Of a DNA stretch of 42,152 nt, positions 1 to 8,200 are shown piece by piece (position 1 is the stretch's first letter; every line of letters starts with the position of its first letter). The stretch lies in assembly GCA_038064355.1 (NCBI GenBank), contig JBBTTG010000027.1, positions 21,746-63,897 on the forward strand. Reading direction: 5' to 3'. The stretch is from Patescibacteria group bacterium. GTDB taxonomy: Bacteria > Patescibacteriota > Patescibacteriia > GWA2-47-26. Made by a program: the position numbers and the translations under genes. The notes under the pieces are model-generated. The model saw only the letters and a list, made by a program, of their open reading frames with translations, was not told the DNA's origin and searched no databases.

Positions 1-204
1 GGCGGAGGAGGAGGCGGTCGCATCAAGATCAAAGTTACTGCGCAAACCGTTTTCAACGGAATCACCTACAGCGACACGAGTTCATTCTTATCCATAGCTT
101 CTGCCAACATCACCGCGTCAGGCGGAGCCGGTGGCGACGCTGGCGGCGCAGGCTCCGAGCCAGGACAGCCGGGTCAAAACGGCACGGTTGCCCCGCTTGA
201 GTAA
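1..204 (+). CDS. 3' end of a glycine-rich secreted or surface protein (5' part lies outside the window)
   Basis: Frame 1 is open from the window edge to TAA at 202-204. It translates as GGGGGGRIKIKVTAQTVFNGITYSDTSSF...ASGGAGGDAGGAGSEPGQPGQNGTVAPLE*. An intrinsic terminator follows immediately. It is absent from the ORF track because it has no start codon in the window. Confidence 0.45.
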   Translation, partial: GGGGGGRIKIKVTAQTVFNGITYSDTSSFLSIASANITASGGAGGDAGGAGSEPGQPGQNGTVAPLE

Positions 205-222
205 GAGTATTCGGTTCTTTCA

Positions 223-254
223 CCCCCGACCGTTGTGTCGGGGGTCTTTTTTTT
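223..254 (+). terminator. Rho-independent terminator
   Basis: 8-bp GC-rich stem cccccgac (223-230) / gtcggggg (237-244) with loop cgttgt, followed by tc and a run of eight T (247-254). Confidence 0.7.
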
Positions 255-292
255 GTTGTCCCTTCAACACACCCTGAATACACAACATGTAT

Positions 293-321
293 TTGACACA
301 ATTGCGTTTTTGTACTACGGT
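293..321 (+). promoter_or_regulatory. Sigma70-like promoter for the lipoprotein gene
   Basis: TTGACA (293-298), a 17-nt spacer, then TACGGT (316-321). It sits between the upstream terminator and the AGGAG RBS at 358-362. The identical hexamer pair recurs at 27802-27830. Confidence 0.4.
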
Positions 322-367
322 TGCATTCGGTTCTTTTCAAAAAATCGCTCAATCCACAGGAGAAAAC

Positions 368-907
368 ATGAAAGCGACGCAAGTTTTGCTGAGTGTATCT
401 TTTTTCACCATCTTCACTCTCTCGTGCGCCGACGACAAAGAAAAAGGCGATGCTGGCACATTGAACAGCGGCACCGGAGCGTCGAATGGCGCGTTTGGTC
501 CGAAACAAATGGCGATTAAATTCGGCATTTTGGGCGAAGAGTGCTTTGTACCCCGACATGAGATATGCGACAAAGAACGTTCTGTGATATTGCAATGTAG
601 CGAGGCCAAAAGCGGGTATGCTTGGATGGAAGAGTATACATGTGACGATGACGAGATATGCATTGGAGAGGTTGAATATGAAAATGAGCGATCTGCGGAA
701 TGCGAAGCAAAGGATTCATTCTGTAAGCCATCCGTGGAAACTTGCGAGGAGGTGAGATGCGAGTCCTGGGATTACTATGGCGATGGCGGCTGTACAGATC
801 AGTGGGAAAAAATTGGCACAAAAGATGTGTGCGAATACAATGAAGAATATGATGTATATCTGTTTTATCTGAGAGGAGACTCATACGGCGACGTTCGGTG
901 TGATTGA
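368..907 (+). CDS. Cysteine-rich lipoprotein (179 aa), function unknown
   Basis: ATG at 368 is in frame with the track ORF 287..907 and is preceded by AGGAG 5 nt upstream. The N-terminus MKATQVLLSVSFFTIFTLSC has a signal peptide and a lipobox-like LSC. The mature part is acidic and Cys-rich. The track start at 287 lies upstream of the predicted promoter. Confidence 0.7.
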   Translation: MKATQVLLSVSFFTIFTLSCADDKEKGDAGTLNSGTGASNGAFGPKQMAIKFGILGEECFVPRHEICDKERSVILQCSEAKSGYAWMEEYTCDDDEICIGEVEYENERSAECEAKDSFCKPSVETCEEVRCESWDYYGDGGCTDQWEKIGTKDVCEYNEEYDVYLFYLRGDSYGDVRCD

Positions 908-937
908 TTCGTCGCCTACAAGTACCTTGTTCTTCAA

Positions 938-963
938 GACCGCGCGGGAGGCGCGGTTTTTTG
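938..963 (+). terminator. Rho-independent terminator
   Basis: Stem accgcgc (939-945) / gcgcggt (951-957) with loop gggag, followed by a T-run to 962. It begins about 30 nt after the stop at 905-907. Confidence 0.7.
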
Positions 964-985
964 TATTCAGCCGTCGGGGATTATC

Positions 986-994
986 TGGTATAAT
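986..994 (+). promoter_or_regulatory. Extended -10 promoter element (TGgTATAAT)
   Basis: TGGTATAAT at 986-994, 12 nt upstream of the ATG at 1007. No good -35 is present, and the leader would be very short. Confidence 0.35.
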
Positions 995-1006
995 AGTGGG
1001 GACAAT

Positions 1007-4000
1007 ATGAAGAGGGTGTGGAAGAAACGAAAAAGATTTTTAGCGGCCGCCGGTGCGCTCATTTTTGCGCTTATGAGCATCGGCCTTTTTGGCGTTTTCC
1101 GAAAACCGGCGCAGGCGCAATTTAATCCCGAGCAATACGGGGATGTCTACGGGTTTCTTCAAACGGATTCCATTGGAGAGATAAGTATGAATTGCAACAA
1201 TGATTTTGACGGTGATGGCGTGGTGGAGGAGCTTGAATCAAATTGCGGCCAAGGGGGTTATGGCGTGACGATTGATCCTTCAACTCTCGCGATTTTTGGT
1301 ACGGGCTGGTCAAATGCCGTGGGTTTGGTGTGTTTTGGCGCTTCCTGCGGCCCGGATTCGCCCCTGGAGGCGCCGCTCGGGGATACCGGCCCGGCACAGG
1401 CGGGGATGACGGTGGATGCAAGCGGGGTGGGCAGAGTGAGCGGGTGGGCGCGTGTGCGCAATTTGGCGCAAGGGTCGGATGGGTGGATAAGCCTCAAAGG
1501 GGAGAATCAAGAAGATGCGGTGTTTGGCGTGGCAATTGACTTCTCAAGCGGCACGGGAGGGCAGTGGTTTGGTAGCGGTTGGAATAGGCATACCGATGGC
1601 ACGGGGTTTGGTTGGTTTGATTTTTCTCAAGTGCGAACGACCTTTGTTCCGAATATACAGTGCAGTACGGAAGGCGCCACTCAAGCGTGCGGATCGGGTG
1701 TGGGAATTTGTCAGCCGGGGACGCAAACCTGCACGAATGGGTTTTGGGGCGTTTGCGTGGGAGGAGTGGGGCCGCAATCGGAAGTGTGTTCGGACAGCTT
1801 GGATAATGACTGCGACGGTTCGACGAATGAGGGTTGCGGCGGTTGTAGCACAGGGCAGACGAGTACATGTGGGGCGGGCGCGTGTGCCGGAACGCAAACC
1901 TGCCAGCAGGGATCATTTTGGGGGGTGTGTGAGGCAACAGGGTCGCCGGATCTTGAACTCTGCAACGGGATTGATGACAACTGCAATGGCTTGGTGGACG
2001 AACGGCCGGATTGTCTTTTTACTGTAACGCCGCCGCAGGGGGTCTATGAGCCGCTCTGTTGTTCAAACAATGACGCGCCTTCGGCCGGTCAATGCCCCGC
2101 GGGAACGCAGGTGATATTCTGCGACGGGCCAAATGAAGGCAATAAACTTACGGGGACGCATTTGAATACTTTTGAAATCAAACTCGCCATGGATATCAAT
2201 GTATCGGGGGATGCAAAATGCACCATACTCGCGCGCAAGCCGGGAAAGTGTTCGGTGAGCGCGCATTTGGATTGCGTGGAAACGGCAGAGTGTCCGGCGT
2301 GGGAGACGTGCGTGATTGATGATGGCACGGCAACGCGCGAAATGACCCAAGCGATCGCCAACAATAAAGCGGTTCTCGCGTACACCGTGGCGAAAACCGA
2401 TCCCATTGGCGAGATCCCATGGATGATCACCGAGTGCACGATGGGAAGCCTTACGCAAACCGTTGGTGCACCGGTGTTTGTACATGGAAATTCCTGGAAT
2501 GAGCTCAATCAACTGGGTGAGGATTTATACAGCGCGTTGGACTGCTGGTATGACGTTCGCCACCGGTATTTCAACAACGCGGCGCGTTGCAATCTCGAGG
2601 GCGACTACGCGTTTGTGCGCTCCATGTCGCGCGGGGTGCCGGTTGAAGGAAATTGCACGGACGGTGTGGATAATGACGGAAATGGTTTAGCGGACTGCGC
2701 GGATCGCTGGTGCAAGGGGATTGCGTATCAATGCGGCGCAACGCCGGTGAGTGGAGATTCTGGTGGGGCGGCGGCCGGTTTACCGCCTCAATTTTCCGCG
2801 TGCACGGGAACCAATGTGGCCGCCGACGCGAGCTATTCCTTTCTCAATCCGCCGGTTAAATCCATCATTGCTTGCAGTGATCAAATGACCGCGTCGGCAT
2901 ACACATGGACGATTTGTTTTGATACAACAGACCAGCAATCCGCCGGTGAATTGCAATCGTCCTTACAATCGAAAAATGCGGATGTTAGTTTACTCCCGGC
3001 AGAACAATGCGCCACTGCGAACGGCAGGCAAATCTGGCTGACCGACGGAGGGAGCGCCGTACCGGAGAGCTATGTTTTAAAGATAGAGAATGACGATGTT
3101 TACTTGCAGGGGGCCACTCCCGCCGGGCGCTATCATGCAACACAGACTTTTAAACAGCTCGTGGAGCAATACGGATCGAATTTGCAGTTCCCGCAAATCC
3201 AGGTGGATGACCGGCCGGATTTTGCCCTGCGCGGCGTGTATGACAAATCGTTTGTGGGAAGCCCCGCTGATTTCGATATCGGCAGTATGCAAGCGCGGAT
3301 TGATACAATGGCGAGTCTGAAAATGAATACGATCAGTTTAGCGGCTCCCATGACGATGGAGAGCGATGACGTTACCACTCGCGCCGTTATGAACGCATCT
3401 ATTGCCGACATCACTCAATACGCCAGAGCACGTTTTATTGAGCCAATGTTTTGGGCTGATTATAATCCCCTCTATGAATGCAAGGATTGTGTGGAGGGAA
3501 TAACCGCTCGAATAGATCGGTCGTTTGATTCAAACGGCGCAATTGCCGCTCCAGATATAACCGATACGCTCTATGCGGTACCCAATGCGTCTTTTGAGAC
3601 ATTTGTTGGCGGGGGTTTCACCGATTGGGAAACAGCAGATGCCTGTGCAAATTCCTCGATTATCCAAGATGGCTCAGGGAAAAGCGTAAAGCTTTCCATA
3701 AATGGTGTTTGTAATAATCCTCCAAACAACGATTCAGACACCTTGAGCTTGGGGAAGGCAGGATGGCCGATGATCAAAGCCGGAGAAACGGCGTTTGTAA
3801 GCGTGTGGACGAAAGGAGATGCTGTGGGCGGAGCAGGTGTGCAATTGCGTTTTGTCAAATGCAAAGCTGATAGCGCTACGTTTTGTGATCAGGACGATCC
3901 ATCTGGTGGTAAGTTTTCCGCACAAACCATTATGATTCCCGCCGGAACTCATGAGTGGACAGAATGGCAGGTGGCTTTGCCGGCGGACGGCACCGATGCA

Positions 4001-5038
4001 TTACTGTATATTCTCCTTCGCAAGCAGACGAACGGCACAACCTCGTATAGCGAAAGCGTGTGGGTGGATGATATCCGTGTGTACCGTTTTTCGGACGCCA
4101 TGGCAAATGTGATTCGGTTTCCGGATGATACAAACAGCTCCGTGCGTGTTTCAAGCGGGACTACGGTATACAGCCTCGGAACGGATTATGCAATCACTTG
4201 GATGGGTGATTTGAAGTTGCAAAATCCTCTCGATAACGCCCGTACATTCAGTGTGGCTAAAATTTCAGGAGGAGCGCTTGACAGTGTAGACATGATAACG
4301 CTGTCGTACGATTTTTTTGCGCCGACTCAAACAAACGAGGATTTTAGCGCGCTTCATTCGTTGAGCGAGCCGAAGGTCATCAGCAATTTTGCGCGTGATT
4401 ACAGTCTCGACGTGAATCCCCAATATAATTCCTTGGCAAATTTGTGGTCAACCGCTTCCGTCCAAACCCCGAAAGCATTTATTGGCATGGATGAACTGCG
4501 CGGATTCAATCGTGATTATCGTTCCACGAAACGAAATGTGAGCAATGGCGCTTTGCTTGCGGAGGAGATTGGGGAACGTCAGGCGGCAGTGAACTCTGTA
4601 CAACCCAATGCTAAGGTTTATGTGTGGGATGATATGTTAAACGAGTATCATAACGGAGGGAACAGTTTATATGAAGATACATACGGAGGAAAAGTTGGGA
4701 AAACGAGTGAGGCAACAGGAAGTTTGCCGCCGCAAGTGGTGCCGATTGTGTGGAATTATAATAGCAGTGATTGGCAGTATAAAATTCGTCGCGGATTGGA
4801 CTGGCTCAAAGAGCAGGACATCGCCGGGCAGGGTATTAACGACTGCGTGCTCGGTAATGGAAATACGACAGATAGTGCGCAGATGATGTCCTTCTTTGGC
4901 TATGGCAAATGTAGCGGTTTGATGGCGCATCCATGGCCCAATACCACGGATATGACCGAAGGCATTGCAAGCACTGCTCGTTACGGCTGGGCGCATTATC
5001 CGCAAGAAGAAACCAGTTGGGGGCTTGTACCGTTTTGA
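1007..5038 (+). CDS. Giant secreted multidomain protein (1343 aa) with Cys-rich modules and a hexosaminidase-like (GH20/GH84-type) region interrupted by a CBM-like beta-sandwich
   Basis: The N-terminus has a basic stretch plus a TM/signal segment (MKRVWKKRKRFLAAAGALIFALMSIGLFGVF). Three degenerate G-W...G-W-[IF]-x-[FL] motifs follow. Cys-knot-like repeats follow (CGSGVGICQPGTQTCTNGFWGVC, CGAGACAGTQTCQQGSFWGVC). DND-type modules follow (CSDSLDNDCDGSTNEGC, CNGIDDNCNGLVDE, CTDGVDNDGNGLADCADRWC). Then comes LKIENDDVYLQGATPAGRYHATQTFKQLV...IQVDDRPDFALRGVYD...IDTMASLKMNTISL, the pattern of the N-terminal and start-of-barrel region of GH20/GH84 enzymes. Later motifs are FIGMDELRG and VWDDML. A CBM4/9-like insert runs NASFETF...VWVDDIRVY. 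Confidence 0.85.
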   Translation: MKRVWKKRKRFLAAAGALIFALMSIGLFGVFRKPAQAQFNPEQYGDVYGFLQTDSIGEISMNCNNDFDGDGVVEELESNCGQGGYGVTIDPSTLAIFGTGWSNAVGLVCFGASCGPDSPLEAPLGDTGPAQAGMTVDASGVGRVSGWARVRNLAQGSDGWISLKGENQEDAVFGVAIDFSSGTGGQWFGSGWNRHTDGTGFGWFDFSQVRTTFVPNIQCSTEGATQACGSGVGICQPGTQTCTNGFWGVCVGGVGPQSEVCSDSLDNDCDGSTNEGCGGCSTGQTSTCGAGACAGTQTCQQGSFWGVCEATGSPDLELCNGIDDNCNGLVDERPDCLFTVTPPQGVYEPLCCSNNDAPSAGQCPAGTQVIFCDGPNEGNKLTGTHLNTFEIKLAMDINVSGDAKCTILARKPGKCSVSAHLDCVETAECPAWETCVIDDGTATREMTQAIANNKAVLAYTVAKTDPIGEIPWMITECTMGSLTQTVGAPVFVHGNSWNELNQLGEDLYSALDCWYDVRHRYFNNAARCNLEGDYAFVRSMSRGVPVEGNCTDGVDNDGNGLADCADRWCKGIAYQCGATPVSGDSGGAAAGLPPQFSACTGTNVAADASYSFLNPPVKSIIACSDQMTASAYTWTICFDTTDQQSAGELQSSLQSKNADVSLLPAEQCATANGRQIWLTDGGSAVPESYVLKIENDDVYLQGATPAGRYHATQTFKQLVEQYGSNLQFPQIQVDDRPDFALRGVYDKSFVGSPADFDIGSMQARIDTMASLKMNTISLAAPMTMESDDVTTRAVMNASIADITQYARARFIEPMFWADYNPLYECKDCVEGITARIDRSFDSNGAIAAPDITDTLYAVPNASFETFVGGGFTDWETADACANSSIIQDGSGKSVKLSINGVCNNPPNNDSDTLSLGKAGWPMIKAGETAFVSVWTKGDAVGGAGVQLRFVKCKADSATFCDQDDPSGGKFSAQTIMIPAGTHEWTEWQVALPADGTDALLYILLRKQTNGTTSYSESVWVDDIRVYRFSDAMANVIRFPDDTNSSVRVSSGTTVYSLGTDYAITWMGDLKLQNPLDNARTFSVAKISGGALDSVDMITLSYDFFAPTQTNEDFSALHSLSEPKVISNFARDYSLDVNPQYNSLANLWSTASVQTPKAFIGMDELRGFNRDYRSTKRNVSNGALLAEEIGERQAAVNSVQPNAKVYVWDDMLNEYHNGGNSLYEDTYGGKVGKTSEATGSLPPQVVPIVWNYNSSDWQYKIRRGLDWLKEQDIAGQGINDCVLGNGNTTDSAQMMSFFGYGKCSGLMAHPWPNTTDMTEGIASTARYGWAHYPQEETSWGLVPF

Positions 5039-5040
5039 GT

Positions 5041-5140
5041 AAATCCCTCTCTAACTCTCCCTTTTCCAAAGGGAGAGAACCGCTCGACTTCCCACTTTGA
5101 AAAAGGGGGATTGAGGGGGATTTTTCCCCAACCCCTTGTA
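5041..5140 (+). repeat. REP/MITE-like intergenic hairpin repeat, copy A
   Basis: About 90% identical over roughly 85 nt to 38708-38795, and present in inverted orientation at 9770-9880. It contains hairpins ctctcccttttccaaagggagag (5055-5077) and cccactttgaaaaaggggg (5091-5109). A closing pairing joins aaatccctc and gagggggattt. Confidence 0.7.
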
Positions 5141-5211
5141 TAAGTTTCTCTCCGTGGAGTAGTCGAAGGGATGCTAAAAATCGAATTCCTACAGTTTTAA
5201 AGTGTAAAATT

Positions 5212-8200
5212 GTGATGCAGAGTTCAAAATTAAAAATTCTCTCCCTTGCGTTTTCCTTATCTCTCGGCTTTCTGCTATTGGCTATTTTTGGCGTACGCGC
5301 GGAGGTGGCGCCGGCTGTATCTTTTTGCGCCGGAAATCTTTGCCAGAGCGGCGCCATCGTCCTTTCAGGATGCGTGGGAAAAACCAGCACGCTCCATTAT
5401 GAATACACCCAGCACGCGCGGCCCGGAGGGGATTTCAAAGTACGTTTTTGGAATGACGCGTCGGTAAGCAGCGCCTGCCCGCTTTCGTATGCGGTAATTT
5501 CCGATGCGTTTGGAACGCTGTTCGATGGCTTGGATAAAGGATACGTCGTCAAACCAGGGACGAGTTTCTCCGGGACCGAGACGGTTACGTCCGTTGCGTA
5601 TAAAGTGGAAGACGGGAATGGGTTTAACGGCGACGTTGATATCGTGCTTGAACTCGGTGTCAAGTCTGGCGCCTCCACTGGTCAGTACGAGGTGCGGTTT
5701 GCGGCCGTGGAAAACGGGCAGAGTTTTATTTCCCCCAATACGCCGGTGTATATTGATGCCGCGGCGCCAAGCAACGCGAATGAAAAAAAATCATTTGCCG
5801 GATGGGCGGCGTGCGCTGACGGAATAGATAACGATTTAAACTATCGCCGCGACTGCGCGGATGTGAATTGTTTGGATGAGATTGGAAACACTACATGTGT
5901 TGTCGATGACCAGTGCAAATGCGAGGCCTGGGAGACCACCTGTTTTGACCGTTTTGACAATGATTTTGATCCGGATGGAGAGGCCGGCGGGTATACGGAT
6001 ACCGGTGGAGATTATGATCTTGAGACTGGGGCTGATTGCCGCGATTTCGACTGCGACGGGAAGCAAGGCGATAACGATGAAGCCAATCAAAAATGCTACT
6101 TCCAAAACGAACATACCGGATTTACCTCGAGCAATTCTTGCGGGGATAATTTTAACAATGACGCGGATGACGGCAATGACGTTTTTGCTCCGTTGTCGCT
6201 GGCGTATGCGGTCGGCTTCGGCCAGAGCGGATACCGCGATTGCTTTGACAACAACTGCTGGCGCAAAGGGACGCTGGATGGCGATCGATGCCCGTCAAAA
6301 GAAAAAACTGCGGACTGGAACTTGTGCCTTGATGGCGGGGATAATGATTTTGATGACGGTCTGAACGGCAAGGACTCGGGCGTTTCTGGCGCGCTTGATG
6401 GCGGCGATTGTCTGGATTACGACTGCGCGGGTGTTGCTTTTTATAATGCGGGCGCGTGCGCGGTTGTGGCGGAGGTGCAGGATTTCATCAATACCGAAAA
6501 CGCGCTTTCGCTAAAAAATTGTTTCGACGGCGTGGATAATGATCTGGATGCCTATATCTGGAATGGCGCGCAGTATGTTGTGAATTCAGATACCGATGCG
6601 GGGATAGATTGCTCTGACGCGGATTGCGTGGGGGTAGAGAATCCGGATGCTCCGTATAACACCTGCGTTTCAAGTGAGTTTGTGCTCTATAGCCATAATT
6701 TTTGCGCCAATCCTCCCGGATACCTCGTGACACTTACGGGTGGAATAGACGATGATGGAGATGGTCCAGCCAATTGCTCTGACAATGATTGCCGACGGCA
6801 ATTTGACAATTGCGGCGTGTGCCCCGCGCAGGAATTTTGGAAATATGACGCCTGCGCCGACGGTTTGGATAATGATTTTGATGATAATGGTGCCAAAGAT
6901 TGCGCGGATACGGATTGTGAGGGGAAACTTGGACAGCTAAACGGGGGAGCGCAGTGTGGCGCCGAGAATAACGAGGCCGCTTGCGCCGATGGTTTTGACA
7001 ACGACGCCGATGGCGCCGTGGACTGCGCCGATGCGGGGTGTGCGGGGCATGGTACCTGCCAAGCATTGGAGAGTCGTTGTGCGGACGGGTTTGATAACGA
7101 CGCGAATGGAGAGATTGATTGTCTGGATACCCAGTGTGAGGGTGAATGCGCGGCGGCGTTTTCCATCGTCAGTTGTCAGCCGGACAGCGTATGGGATCCG
7201 GAATACCCGCCGGGCGCGCTTTTTGTTTCGGGGGGCACGGTGCGCGGGGCGCAAACGCGGCGATTGTATCAGGGAGATCCGGGAGACAATCATCAAATCC
7301 GGTTGGTCGGTTCCGCGACCTATTCATCGGTTACGGCGACGATTGGTAATGCGAATAATGATGCGCAGTATTTTCCTTATGACAGCCGATCCTGTGCGCT
7401 CACAAGCTCTGATGAAACGAATTTTACTCTCATAGCCGACGCGGATGGAAACGTACTCCAGCTTATCAATAAACCGGTCGGCAACATCAACGCTTTTGAT
7501 GTAATCATCAGTTGTCCGCTTCCCGATGGAGAAATCGCCGGCACTGTGCATAACTATCCAGTAGTCATTGACGTGGAGCGCGCGGGCGTCGGAGGCGGCG
7601 AGCTTGAGAGCGGGGAGCTTTTTTGGACAACGGCGTTGTATGAAAATATCAAGCCGACGATTGCGGAGATTGAAGTGGCGGGCGTGTTGAGCACGACCGG
7701 CGAGGTCAAAATTCCCTACGGTGGGACGCTTCAGGCGCGCGCGGTTCCGGCTGGAGATGAGGCGGTCTGTGGATGTGATTTTTGGATGGGGAGTACGGAA
7801 ACTTGCGATACCGCGAGTGATGTCACTTGTCAGAAACCTTCGTCTTCCACCTGCCGTTTGCACGCGGCAAACCAGATTTATGATGTGCCGGAGTATTTTC
7901 TCCGCGCCTCCGCCGAGGACGGGTCTGGCAATCAGGGAAATTACGGCCCCGTTCCCGCGCGCCAGATTAATCTGAATATCACCCCGATCGTCAAAGCCGG
8001 TACGCGGGTGTCTTTCGACAAACCGAGTCCGTTTTACGCGCCGGGTGATTCAGTGGGTTGGAGCGGCGCGCATTTTCAAGGGCCCGCGGGGACGATTTTC
8101 GGCGATTGCGCGCTGTCGCTTGACGGATCGCCCGCGGCGGGTATGGTGATCAAAGAAAACGCCGGCGCCAGTGAAATCACCTGCCGTGGAAATTTTTCGG

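Noticed and set aside
110-595. A 161-aa minus-strand ORF at the left end.
   Set aside because: It spans the terminator at 223-254 and the promoter/RBS of the lipoprotein gene and is antisense to it. It has no motif and no RBS.
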